A stretch of DNA of 64,000 nt from Lepidodermella squamata (taxonomy: Eukaryota > Animalia > Gastrotricha): NCBI GenBank assembly GCA_047495785.1, contig JBLDXI010000103.1, positions 1-64,000 of the forward strand, in the 5' to 3' direction. Of this stretch, positions 25,571 to 37,129 are shown piece by piece (positions within the stretch are counted from its first letter, which is position 1; each line of letters begins with the position of its first letter). Both the position numbers and the translations under genes were made by a program. The notes below the pieces were generated by a model, which made no database searches, was not told the origin of the DNA, and saw only the letters and a program-made list of their open reading frames with translations.

Positions 25571-26316
25571 TCTTTGGCAGGCTGGACTCGTTGATAGACC
25601 GAATTCGCCCGTTCGATTTCATCAATTGAGTATGACAGAGTGAACGTTTCGTCCAAAGCGAGGCAGATGACATCAAAATCGCCAGAGAGACGTTCTTCGT
25701 ACCAGGGATTGCGCCAAGGCTCGTCACAACCTTTGATCCAATCGAAGTTTTTCCGAAGCCTCAATTGGTCGCATTCAGCTTGGGTTATGCCGTAGACACA
25801 AACGCAGCATGGTGTCCAGAAATCGAGGTCAAAATTCGGCAGAACACCTTGCCTAGTTCGTTTAACCCGCCAATCATCGTCGCAAGAGAGAATTCGGCAA
25901 TTTTCGAGTCGAACTCGCGTTTCAGGTCGAATGAATCCGAAGTCAGCGTCTTCTGTCCAACAAATTGAGAAGTTATTAGGAATTCGCTTTGATTCTTCGT
26001 TTTTGTAACAAATGCTACGGGCATAACCCATATTTCCAACGTATAGACTCGACCTCATCTCTTCATCTTGGCTGAGAAGTTGAGCAATAACGCTCGGATC
26101 ACAGGTTTGTACAGCGACGTTTGAGTGGTTCTTATAAATCGCCAGCCCTTGATCAATCAGACAAGAGTGGTTGTCATTAGTGAAACCCGAGCAAGTTGCG
26201 TCGACACATTGGGCGTCGGGGTGGTTGGATGAGCAATAATCGCTGTAGGTTGTGCATGTGAATAAATTTTCCATAGGGTTGTCAGCAGAATTGCGAAGGA
26301 GAACCCGACGGTGCAT
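25408..26316 (-). CDS. Cys-rich protein of unknown function (302-aa ORF, possibly lacking a 5' exon)
   Basis: Long ORF with 16 Cys; begins right after a possible acceptor (ttattag); its 3' end is duplicated at 12362-12524. Confidence 0.7.
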   Translation of the reverse strand: MHRRVLLRNSADNPMENLFTCTTYSDYCSSNHPDAQCVDATCSGFTNDNHSCLIDQGLAIYKNHSNVAVQTCDPSVIAQLLSQDEEMRSSLYVGNMGYARSICYKNEESKRIPNNFSICWTEDADFGFIRPETRVRLENCRILSCDDDWRVKRTRQGVLPNFDLDFWTPCCVCVYGITQAECDQLRLRKNFDWIKGCDEPWRNPWYEERLSGDFDVICLALDETFTLSYSIDEIERANSVYQRVQPAKDLSLEEMFNKGVLGTVELKVLEHAIADYNASQNWSENFDSALLKSMAGRIAALL

Positions 26317-26595
26317 CTAATAAATTCATATTGGGGTACAGTTTATTTTACAATACATTTAGTTAAAAAATTAAGTCTTTGAACTATTTGGCCGAATCGT
26401 TACAATGAAAGTGGCAAGAGCTTAAGATGAAAATATTCAATTCTTAAAAAAAAATTAATTGTACAGCTTTGAAAATCGGATCACTTAGGTTGCTAGTAAA
26501 TGTTGTTGAATCAGTGGGTAAGATTAGATTACGCTTACTCATTACTCATTTTGAATCGCCATTCTCTACTTTACGTTGTTTGCTTAGCTGGAAAC

Positions 26596-28069
26596 ATGCC
26601 GTATTTGCTCGTAATTAAGGCTATCCATAGAGCTAGTTTTAAGATAGAGGTCCTACTCCTGACTAGGCCTGTAAACGCAAGATGTTGTGATCGAGCATCA
26701 TCAGCATCGAGTGGTTGGAAAAGTAAACAAATCAGGTGATTTTTCGATTCCCGAAACTAGCTCTATGGACTAGTCTTATGTTCGTGTACATTTCATTGGA
26801 ACAATAGTTACAAGTCATCAAGGTCAAAGCACGCAAGGTCAAATCACGCGAGATCAAAGCAAGCAAGATGCAGATGAGCAATATCCAGAGAATAAATATC
26901 CATGGGAACTAGATCCATGGGATCTAGATCTATGGGAGCGCTATCCAGATGGAGAACTTCTGAAACCGAAACTGCAGAATGAATGGTTGGATGCTTTCTC
27001 TCCGCACCATTGTGGATTAGGCAGCGAAGAAAGGCTCTCTTTTCAAGTTATGATTAGGTTATTTTGTTCACAATCAACCGGATCCCACTATGAATTAAAG
27101 ATTTGCCTTCTAGGCAACGCGATTCATACCCTTGCGTAGCTGTTCTTATCGACCGAAATTGGGTTCTAGCTGAAGCCAGTTGCATCGCGAGAATCGATAC
27201 TCAATTCGAAATAGGAGACATGGAACGAAAAATCAATATGTCAAAAGTGGCATTTCGCCGCATTGATCAAACTAGCGAAGGGAGATTTTTCGATTACGCT
27301 ATGATCAAGATAGGTACTATTTCATTTCTCCCAAAGAAGCTTCCATATAATCACATATTCCCAGAGCCACCATTGGACAGATTTAGCAGCCAACTTTCGC
27401 CAATCTGTATCAAGGAAGCTGCTGTTTCTAACAACAACAACAACAAGGGAATGAAAGCAACTCCATTTACCTACAAGGAAATTGAAGGGGAGTTGAAGCT
27501 GGTTAAAGCTCATAAGGTTACTTTAGATCAGGTATTAATAGGATTCAATGCTTACCAATTTAAATTTATTTATTCATTATTTTTTTCAGAAGTGTGGTGG
27601 AGATCGAAAGGTTTTTTCTCGAGATGTCCCTTTATTTGCAATTAATTGTTTTTTTCAGCCACCTTGTTTGAACGCTCCTTGTGAGGTGAACGATGGAACA
27701 ATTTGGGCGACTAAGGATCAACAGTTCAGCAACCAACCAGGCCGATGGAGCCTTGTTAGCCTTGCGCCTTCCTCTGGAAGATGCCAGAATAGCCGAATCC
27801 ATCTAACCCGGATCGATCGTGATGTGATATCGTGGATGCAAGAAACGATTGCGCGCGAAGCAACGAATCTGCAAATCGCGCCGGCTGACACTGAAAAGCA
27901 CCATTCTGCTATCAAGGATAAAATGCGCAAGTGCAACGGCGTTACGCTGATAAGTTGCGCTCATGGCGGATGCGTTGTTGCTAATTCAGCGGAAAACACT
28001 ACATTTCACGCAGCGCAACTGACTTTGCTCGCACTCATTGCTGTTTATAAAATAAGTTATGTATTGTAG
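26596..28069 (+). pseudogene. Non-catalytic S1 protease homologue with hydrophobic tail; exon 1 interrupted by a MITE
   Basis: EWLDAFSPHHCG pro-motif, CVAVLIDRNWVLAEASC (His lost), FDYAMI, SPICI, CEVNDGTIWAT (Ser motif lost); signal-like MPYLLVI/MFVYISL split by the MITE, then a frameshift. Confidence 0.65.
26618..26776. mobile_element. 159-bp MITE
   Basis: Imperfect TIRs around TCCATAGAGCTAGTTT; TA on both flanks. Confidence 0.7.
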
Positions 28070-28189
28070 CTTTCGCAAGGTATATCGACTTTTCAGGAGC
28101 GAATAAAGCAGTGACTTCAGCAAACCGCCAGACCATTGGTGGTAATAATTTAATATTTTCATTTCATACGCAAAAATAATCATCAAAAT

Positions 28190-28560
28190 ATGTCAATATA
28201 TAACATATGTGCTGATATGCAACCCCTGAGAATCAACCCTGACGATGGCCGAAAAATTGTAGGCACCGGTACCTATGCCGATGACGCTGCAACCTGGGCA
28301 TGGGGGGGCCCCATTACGAACAATCTGTCTTGCGGCTTCAATCTCGCTAACGCTCGACAGAAAGCTGGTGTGCTAGATTGCGACTTGACCTCAACCCCAT
28401 AAAGTGCGAGTGTATTATAATCAGTCATCATGGCGCCTCTTCCCCCTCCGTCCTATTGTCTATTGGTGGTGTGCGAATCCCGCAAGTGAAAGAGGTTAAG
28501 AACCTCGGTATCACTCTGACTTCGAAACTCTCGTGGGAGAGACATCTTTATGATGATCCC
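28190..28560 (+). mobile_element. Degenerate non-LTR retrotransposon RT fragment
   Basis: GTYADD, LNPIKCE and VKNLGITLTSKLSW in shifting frames. Confidence 0.8.
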
Positions 28561-28958
28561 CCCATCCCCCCTGAAAGTCGCACACTGGTCTTTTGTTTTT
28601 GCCTCTTCATTCACGTTTAAGCAGTGCACGGTGTTCACAGGTTGCAGGGTTGCCACAGTCCCTGATTCCAGGCCAACGGGTTGTAGCGACTGCCACGATC
28701 ACTACTTCCCGGCCGATGCACCAGTGTAACGGTGACGGGTTCTCGCGATCACGGGATCATGACCGACGATGTTTGAAGTTAAGGTAAGTTGTAGCAAAAA
28801 CACGTTCGAAGTACGAAACTAAGGTCCTTTGCCCACTTTCGATGTCTGATATATCGATTCTTATATCCATTTTGCATTTAGCCTCGCTTGCGAAACTCGA
28901 CTTCGGGTAATCGGGTGTCAAACCAAACCTCCAACGCTCAGGCGGGTCCAATCAACCA

Positions 28959-29391
28959 TGTGACGTAGATAGGACGCCGCACTAAGCGGTTTTCGGACAC
29001 GAAAAACTGAAGTCAGACTAATATAAGGGGCAAAGTTCATCGTTTCAAATTTAATGAGATGAATCATGTCGTTTTTTCCGCCAAAATATTTTTTTTGCTA
29101 TTTCTGTGTAATTTTGGGCAGATGCTGCCATTTCATCAGCTGAATTCATCTTTAAAGATGCATCTCCTTTTTGTAGAGTCTCGGAAACCGCGCCAAATCA
29201 CTGCTTTTCACGATCTTTGAAACTTGAACTATTAATTGTTTAGTTTTAATTATTAAACAACTTCTTCGAATTGAGCCCGACCATTTTATGTTTTTAAGCT
29301 GCAAAATATTCTGAATATTAATGAGGAAAAAGGTGAACACGTCTTCTTGTCTGCCGGCGTGCTCTGAGTGCGGCGTCCTATCTACGTCACA
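28959..29391. mobile_element. MITE-like element or internal inverted repeat
   Basis: Perfect 25-bp inverted repeat TGTGACGTAGATAGGACGCCGCACT; no TSD seen. Confidence 0.6.
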
Positions 29392-29583
29392 CGCAATTTT
29401 CAAAGCACAAGTTTACGAATTTTCTCGAATAGGGGTTTCTACACGTGGAAAAGCCCGTTCGATAAATACCTACTGTAGCTAAACTGCTTTTACACGTTGT
29501 TTTTACAGCAAGGTTTTTACATTGACAACCCTCATTTATTGACCAATATTGTCCAATTTTACATAGTTTTGGGTGTTACGAAA

Positions 29584-30894
29584 CTAATGATAACGACGTA
29601 TTGGACGACGTATTGGGCGACGTATTGGACGAAGTATTGGACGACGTATTGGGCGACGTATTGGACGAAGTATTGGACGACGTATTGGGCGACGTATTGG
29701 ACGAAGTATTGGACGACGTATTGGACAGCGATAGCGAGCGGGTTTTAATAAGAAAGTTGGCTTCAAATCGTCAATAACAGATTGTCGCAGTTGCACGGAT
29801 GGATCTGTTGTAAAATCAGGCATGTTTTCCTGAGGCTCACACGAAGGATGTCTCGTTATGTCAACAAGATAAGGCTGAAGATCGTAAAGTTTGATCATAT
29901 GCGCCCGAAAGATCCTGCATCGTTCAGCAGCAATAGTCGATTCTACCAAAATGTTCACATGCATTTCATTCGACTTGCTGTCAGCATTTGCCTTTTTGAA
30001 TGCGACCGCTCTCAATTCAAACTTGACGTTGTCATGCACACCAGCCTGCTTTGCCAATTCGTCCAAAGCGTAACTTTTTAAATACGCCTCGTACAATCGA
30101 GGCGCATCTAATATGTAAGTATTTGGCGTGTTTTTAGGAAGATGGATTGTAGAATGTACCCCATCTTCGTATACCACGTACCAGGGATGATTCTCTTCCG
30201 CCTCCGGTGGGGGCGTTGTAACTTCGACAGTCTTGACAGCCACTCTGCCGCCATCGTTTTGCTTCGGCTTATCGGAAGTGTCTTCTTTAGTCGCCGAAGG
30301 GAGCGTTGTGGCTTCCACAGCCTTGACAGCTATTCCACCGCCATCGTTTTGCTTCGGCTTATCGGAACTGTCTTCTTTCGCCTCCGAAGGGGCCGTTGTG
30401 ACTTCGACAGGCTTGACATCGTCATTATTTTGCTTCAGCTCTTCGGAACTGTCGATTACCTCAAAAGTTGCCCCCTTGCCTCCCTTCCCACCTTTCCCTT
30501 TCTTGCCAATATTCGTGCTTCTGCCGTCTTGTTCGTCCGTCGCCGACGCTTTTCGACCATGTTTCCTCCCGTGCTTTTTCTTCGCATCGTGCTTTTGCTT
30601 CAGCTTATCGGTGCTGTCTTCTTTCGCCTCCGAAAGGGGCGTTGTGACTTCGACAGGCTTGACATCGTCATTATTTTGCTTCAGCTCTTCGGAACTGTCG
30701 ATTACCTCAAAAGTTGTCGTCTTGCCTCTCTTGCCACCCTTCCCTTTCTTGCTAATCTTCGTGCTTCCGGCTTCTTGTTCGTCCGTCGCCGACGCTTTTC
30801 GACCATGTTTCTTCCCGTGCTTTTTCTTCGCATCGGCGCTGATCAGCAGAATTAGGACTAAAATGAAGCATAAAGATACCAAATAAAGCTTCAT
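29584..30894 (-). CDS. Secreted 436-aa protein: Lys/His-rich repeats, globular 2-3 Cys domain, (RRPI/LRPI)n tail
   Basis: Single ORF; signal MKLYLVSLCFILVLILLISADA; internal 82-aa and 30-aa repeats (246 and 90 bp); Arg/Pro tail. Confidence 0.85.
   Translation of the reverse strand: MKLYLVSLCFILVLILLISADAKKKHGKKHGRKASATDEQEAGSTKISKKGKGGKRGKTTTFEVIDSSEELKQNNDDVKPVEVTTPLSEAKEDSTDKLKQKHDAKKKHGRKHGRKASATDEQDGRSTNIGKKGKGGKGGKGATFEVIDSSEELKQNNDDVKPVEVTTAPSEAKEDSSDKPKQNDGGGIAVKAVEATTLPSATKEDTSDKPKQNDGGRVAVKTVEVTTPPPEAEENHPWYVVYEDGVHSTIHLPKNTPNTYILDAPRLYEAYLKSYALDELAKQAGVHDNVKFELRAVAFKKANADSKSNEMHVNILVESTIAAERCRIFRAHMIKLYDLQPYLVDITRHPSCEPQENMPDFTTDPSVQLRQSVIDDLKPTFLLKPARYRCPIRRPILRPIRRPIRRPILRPIRRPIRRPILRPIRRPIRRPIRRYH
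29593..29725. repeat. 12-bp coding minisatellite (ACGACGTATTGG variants, 36-bp higher-order period)
   Basis: About 11 units; encodes PIRR/PILR on the minus strand. Confidence 0.95.
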
Positions 30895-31217
30895 TTTCGT
30901 TATTTTCGCGTAAAGAAGCGAAATGTGGATTGCTGCGCCTACCATATGTATGTAATATTATGGCGATATTATGCGTCTGGTTATTAAATCTTCTGTAAGA
31001 AGAGTTAATCTCTGCGAACAAATGCTGCGTTCTCAAAGATGGTAGCGATGGTCATAACGACCGTTTATGAAGATCCTATCTAACATCTATTCCTTCGCAC
31101 TTTGGAAATGTTTGGAACATCTTTCATATCGAATTTCATACCTCACGTATCATTTCGCTCATATTAGCCGATTGATTCATCGAGCGTGCTACGGCTCTAT
31201 ACAAGGAAACCGAGTAA

Positions 31218-32112
31218 TGCTGGATTTATAAACACTTCGGACGCCTTATCAGTGCCGAAGTGCGGCGAATTTCGTCCGACGATTCTATTGTTCGCTCTCC
31301 GAAGTTGTAAGGCGCGCGCGGCTCCGAACAAAAGTGCGTGGCGCGGCATGACGCATCCTCGGCGAGTGCGCCTAATCGACAGGGTCGGGTTACAAAAATG
31401 CGGAAAAATGCTCTAATGCTGCTTAATTTAATGTAAACGAGTTCTTCATATCGAGAAGAGCATAAGCATATCAATTTCATCGAAAAATAAAAAAATTCAA
31501 CATTTTTGATGTTTTAGCTATTACATCCGCGGTCTATGGCACCAGTTGTTTGCACGCACAGCGGGCGGTAACTTGCACGGGCGCAAGGTGTAGCGGCCTC
31601 GTAATTAGCTCAGTCATGAGTATGCCGGCGAGCGCGGGTTTAAGCACGCGGCAAGGCGACAAGCGTACTTGTCAAGTGTCAAGGGTCAAGTCAAGGAGCG
31701 CATGTCACGAGCGCACAGCGCACCGTGGCCTCGCCTAAAATGAGGCCAATATTAAGGTGGATTACCAGCGCTTTGATACAAATCTTAATAGCTGTCGCTT
31801 CCGGTGTTTTCTAATTTACTGCGCTTTTCTGCCCGCTTTTATTGTTTTAATGCGTGTAGCTTCGGCTCTTCGGATTCGGACGCTTCGGACGGCCCATCCG
31901 AAGCGCGGCGGTCCGAAGTCTATTGTTCTCGCGCTTCGGATACTTCGGTGCGCCCTATTGTTCTCGCGTCGCGCGCGCCGTCCGAAGTTGTGCGCGTATA
32001 TAAATGACGATCTCGTTCTTCGGACGTGCGCGCGCCCAACTTCGGCGCGTATTACGCAACTTCGAACGTCCGAACTTCGGATGGCCGTCCGAAGTAGTTT
32101 ATAAATCCAGCA
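31218..32112. mobile_element. PIF/Harbinger-like MITE
   Basis: TIR TGCTGGATTTATAAAC(T)ACTTCGGACG, 3-bp TSD TAA, internal TTCGGA repeats. Confidence 0.8.
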
Positions 32113-32143
32113 TAAATGTGGTGGTAAATGCTATGGTCTGGCA

Positions 32144-32574
32144 GAGAGCGAAGTACCGCTAGGGATGGTAGGGATCATCCCTACCAGTTCCATCGGTCCG
32201 TACGGTGAGCTCATTCAAAGACCAAAGGGGGGACCCTTATGTCGATTTTTGTGATCCCCAGCAGTTCCGCGGTCCTACTTCGCTCTCGCAATTTATTGAA
32301 CACACGCCAGACCAGGTCTGGCGTGTGTTCAATGTTTTGAAGTTGGAAGAAGTATATAATTAAAGCGCTGCCGGACCGCTTGGCCCACTTCAGGTTTCAG
32401 GGAAGACAAAACACTCCATTGGGATGTATAAAACGACCTTGTCGGAAACATGTCGGCAAGGGGGGGCCTGCACATAATTATCAGGTTTCTTCGGGTTCTA
32501 AGAAACCTGATAATTATGTGCAGGCCCCCTCTGCCGACATGTTTCCGACAAGGTCGTTTATACATCCCAATGGA
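32144..32574. repeat. Cluster of hairpin/foldback sequences
   Basis: Inverted ends 32144/32288, 19-bp perfect stem 32295-32333, ~76-bp near-perfect stem 32415-32574. Confidence 0.85.
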
Positions 32575-33520
32575 TCTTCCCGACCTGCACCTTTGCTGAC
32601 GCATCGCCAGCCGTTCGTCGTGTACTGCCATTCACCAGCCTCGCCGACGCTTATGCACATGCCGCCGGCGTTGAGTAAATCGCGAGCGTTATCGCAGACA
32701 AAGCGACCTGTTATACATATATTATATCAGAAATTAGCATGATTAATAATCTCATCTTACGAAAAGAAATATAACCAAAACGAGTTTTGCCATGATAATT
32801 CGGTTGACTGATGAAATTAATAGAATAGGGTTATTTAAGTAAAAAGAAGAGAATTAAATAAGCTTGAGCAGGATACTCGTATTGATGATGCGGCGTGAAG
32901 GGCGGCCAGGAACATTTAAGGCGACTGATTCAATAAACGATGAGGCATGATGTTAATGCTAAGACGTATCGCGCACTCGAATGGCGTCACCAACTAATAA
33001 AAAAATGAACATCTGAAATAACCATGTGATGCCAGGTGATGATTCACAGAAAAACTAACATACGGACGGTAAATAATGGCGTTAGATTCGTGTTGTTGTT
33101 TTCGACATGAATGAATGAGGCTATTCCATCGTGCCATCGCGCCCTCTTACACTCATGCATAAAATGCACGTGATGAAATACCGATCCATGGCGGAATTCA
33201 GGCGCATGTTTACACCGATTTCCGTGTCAATTACACTATCATTTTGTTTCAAGTAATAAGTTAATCTTTGACCCGTGCGATGATCAATTTATTGTACGAT
33301 CGATCGATGGATTGACCGATCGATCGATTGATTGACGCGATTCGATCGATTGACCAATCAGCGCACGCCCAGAAGTTCAACTATTTAGCTCAAAAACAAT
33401 GATGTCATACAGGATTGCTGAAATTCGCTCATGGTCTAGGATACTGGGCTTATTTTAACGGTTACGGGTCCGCATTTTCCGTCTTTTAGTGATTCCCGGC
33501 TCTCCTGCACACATTTATAT

Positions 33521-33990
33521 CAGTGTGGTGCAAACGCGGATTCAGGAGACTCTTGGGCTCGTTTTTGCAGGACATTTTGCAGGCTGCAGGAGGATTTTTG
33601 GTTTTTCGGGGTCTTGCTCCACATTGACTCTGGCCTTTTGCTCCAACGGACTCCCTTGCAAACTTGGGCTCCAGATGAGGTGCATCTTCTGTAGATTTTA
33701 ATTCGGCGTTGTATCAAATACCATAGTCTTCATGATTCGAATAAATTGTCAAATTTCTCTTACGGAATTTTTTTCGAATTTCAATATGATGCTTGTATCG
33801 TGTAGTAAAATTGCCTTTTGGGCTTTTTTAGACTTTTTGCAGGTTCCGAAGTGACTTTTTGTTTTTTGAAGGTCTGTAACGCTAACTGTTACACTTAATT
33901 ACACTAAAAACCCTCTACTAACTCCGGCGATCCGGCGATAATTTTGGGCTCCGGCTGCTGCTCCATAATTTTTGGGCTTGGGCCACACTG
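33521..33990. mobile_element. hAT-like MITE
   Basis: CAGTGTGG...CCACACTG termini, same as 16877-17917; flanks ATTTATAT/ATTTGGAT (6/8 TSD match). Confidence 0.65.
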
Positions 33991-34208
33991 ATTTGGATGA
34001 TCGATTTTCTCCAGACTTGCAGATGGCAAAGTTAGAATTTTAGAACAAAACGCGCTGCTGCCGGAGCTAAACTTCGGCGACATTATTCAAGCATAGAAGT
34101 GGATAATATTGAAAAAAAGCAGAACTCAGGTTTCAGATTTCAGGAAGTTGTAAAGCAAAGTGTTTTGGCTTTTTATTTATTATTGCTCGAAATATTGCAT
34201 CTAATCTG

Positions 34209-35662
34209 TTACAAGTTCGGCCGCCGACTTTGATACATAGGGTTCCTAGCAGGTCGGATAATCTAAAATAAAACAACGCATTTTCATAATCAATTCCCAA
34301 CTGTAACAACGAAGTAATGAGTACCTGAAATGAACATAGCAGCGTTTCATCAACCGACAAAACAGCTGCCGAATTTTCAAACTCGCCGCAGTAGTTCGGT
34401 GCCGAAAAAATCGTAACCAACTTCTGATTCGCGAAAAATTCATAACCATCCTCGACAACTTGATGCGCCCGGCAAATCAGATCTAGATCGTGACGATTCA
34501 AAAACTCAGCCACAACATCAGCTCCAAAGGTTAGTGACACCCCACGATCATTCTGCTGCCAGCCTGGAGTTTCAGAGCTAGGGTCAGACCAGAGTAGATC
34601 GCAGGCCAAGCCTTTCGATGGGATCTCAAATGGTCGTTTGATTCGCCGGATCTGGTCCATAGATTGAAGATCGGGCGACAAACCGCCGTGGCAGCAGAAG
34701 ATCTTACTATCAACAATCGCGGCTAAGGGTAGGCAGTTGAAACAGTCGATGAAGGTGTGCCACAGCTTCGGGCTAAATCTTCGTTTGCATTCGTCGTGAA
34801 ATCCGTAGATGTACGATATCGTTGAAGTTTCGTGATTGCCGCGGAGGATGAAAAACTTGTCAGGGTATTTGACTTTGTGACAAAGTAATAGGCACACTGT
34901 CTCGAGCTGTTGTGGGCCTCTATCGACGTAATCGCCCAGGAATAGGTAGTTTGAATCTGGAGGGAAGCCGGCTACACCGAATATTCGAACAAGGTCCGTG
35001 AATTGGCCGTGAAGATCGCCTTAATTCAGATGGGTAATCCTGGAATCGATAGATTTATTACAGTAATTACCGCAAATTTTGATGGGAGCAGGGATTTCGA
35101 GTAGAGTAGGCTGACTTAGAAAAATGTCTCTTGCATTATGGCATAGAGCTGTGATTTCCCACTCGCTCATCTGCACCCTGTCGCCCAGCCACGCTTCTAC
35201 AGATAAAATGAGACTTAAGAGGGTCCCCCACAGAGCAGCAGGCTTCAAAGCAGGGTAAATGCACAAAACAGTCCTCCTAGCAGGCGCTCAGTCTTAGCCT
35301 CTGATTTTCAACCTATGGACTAACATGATGGTCAGCCATTCTAGCTTTTCACACCACAAATTGAGGAGCAAAAGTCATGAAAACTCCGTAATGTAGCTCA
35401 GACCTCAATTTGGTCGAAAGAGTCGTTTTTCAAAAAATTTCTTAAATTTATGATGAGCCCATATTCAGGAAAATTACGCAGAATTTTAACGTAATTAATT
35501 CGATATATTGTTGCGTGGCGTTTGCACCGCTTTTTGAGTTCATCCTGCTTTAAAGCCTGCTGCTCTGTGGGGGCCCGACTTGAGACGTACAAATTTCGAA
35601 AACTCACCCTCTAACAGCCTCGAGATCAAATGATCAACGTCCAATACATAACCTCCAGGCAT
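34209..35662 (-). CDS. PPP1C: Serine/threonine protein phosphatase 1 catalytic subunit, divergent (exons 35662-35608, 35196-35071, 35019-34325, 34262-34209)
   Basis: [64 protein letters not shown]. Confidence 0.93.
35221..35576. mobile_element. MITE in PP1 intron 1
   Basis: ~34-bp inverted ends GGG(T/C)CCCCACAGAGCAGCAGGCTT(C/T)AAAGCAGG; no clear TSD. Confidence 0.7.
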
Positions 35663-35872
35663 TTTATGCTGAAATAATCTAACAGATGAAAATGAATGCA
35701 TTAAACGCAATTGCCTTAAATGTAACTGTTGACTTCAGATAATTTTACGATTGTAAGTCTAGCCAAGCATCGGTAGTCGTAATAAAAATCATGAATCAGA
35801 AAGGAATATCCTCTCGCTTGGATTGCTTTTTGCCTAAGTCAATATCCCCCTTTTGAGTCATTCAGCGGTGAG

Positions 35873-37129
35873 ATGAAAAGGATGCTTAGTAAGTTCGCGA
35901 TTACCTTATTTGCCATTGTCCCAGCATTTTCTGGGATGCAGCTGCCTAATGACAGGAAAGCAAAGTCTATGAGCAAATTGAATCGCGACAGACTCCTAAC
36001 AGCCTCCCCTACTCCTCCGACATGCGGAAAAGGCAAGTTGAGACAATCGATTCCGGAAAACGCCGAATCTACCACTGAGGGGCTTAACGCTAAAGCAACT
36101 GAATTTCCTCATTTCATACTCTTAAGGTAAGCTTTTCATCTTTACTTCTCATGACCAAAAATATCGTGAAAAATACAGAAGTAAATGTTTTCTCAGGTTG
36201 CTATTTTCATCCTTATTTCGGAAATTTCTTTAGGATCGATTCCGGAGGAGAAAAATTTGCTTGGTGTGCTGGGGCGCTGATTGCCCAAAAGTGGATCCTT
36301 TCCTCGGCAAGTTGCCTCGGAAAGGGAGTCCAGATGGCTGCTTTTTACGGCGTCGACGTTATTGAGAGGTCGACGGTCGCACGAGAAATCGATTTGATAA
36401 ACAGTGAAGGCAAAGCTTTGGATGACATCTTCACAGATTTGGTCATCATTCATCCGAAATTCGAATCAGACAAGAATCCTGAGTTCAATTTTGCTCTAAT
36501 ACGAATCTCCCCTACTCACTTTGAGTTGAGCAATGGGAAGAGTGTTGTGAGCGCGAAATCTTACAACAATTTCTCGGAAATCTATTCCCCGATTTGCCTG
36601 GCTGATGCTCCATCCCCTGGTAATAAGTCCTTGCTTCTTGAAACTACGTTTTCTGGCACGCAAACGGATGGCGACATTACAATAAATCGCTTGCAAAGTT
36701 TCCAACAAAAAGTATGCAATTGTTTCGTTGGGTTTTTTTTCTATACGAATTATCTTTTTTCAGCCATGTCCCGATCTTTGGAATACCAAATCGCCCTTGG
36801 TAAGATCAATCTATTCATAAGCATATCTGATTTTGTTGTTGTTATAGTTCTGCACCGAATCATTTCGAGCTTGTGGGTCACATTCCGGATCGTTGTTGAC
36901 GTACCTCGGGGAAGGCGATCGATGGTACTTACTCGGCCTTTCTAACAATTTTGAATGTGTCGATGAGATGAGAAAATGTTTCACGGTGTTAAATCCTGAA
37001 ATCATGACTTGGATAAAGGCGTGGACGGAAGAACAGCAGAAAAATGGTACATCGTCGCGTGCAAATAACGCTTCAAGTTCATTTCCTTGGCTTTTATTAC
37101 TAATAATGACGTTTGCCATTATGAAATGA
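35873..37129 (+). CDS. Non-catalytic S1 protease homologue, probably GPI/membrane-anchored (multi-exon)
   Basis: Signal peptide, CAGALIAQKWILSSASC (His lost), HPKF, FNFALI (Asp lost), SPICL, RWYLLGL, hydrophobic C-terminus FPWLLLLIMTFAIMK. Confidence 0.75.

Noticed and set aside
29593-29725. Repeat array resembling CRISPR
   Set aside because: Contiguous 12-mers with no unique spacers; eukaryotic context and no cas genes.
29497-29748. ORF with TTYW/ATYW repeats
   Set aside because: Antisense shadow of the (PIRR)n minisatellite in the 436-aa gene.
30142-30886. 237-aa and 217-aa plus-strand ORFs
   Set aside because: Antisense to a repetitive coding sequence that has a proper signal peptide.
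31757-32104. Arg-rich ORFs
   Set aside because: Lie within a GC-rich MITE; no protein features.
33296-33356. GATC/GATT-rich tract
   Set aside because: Simple degenerate microsatellite.
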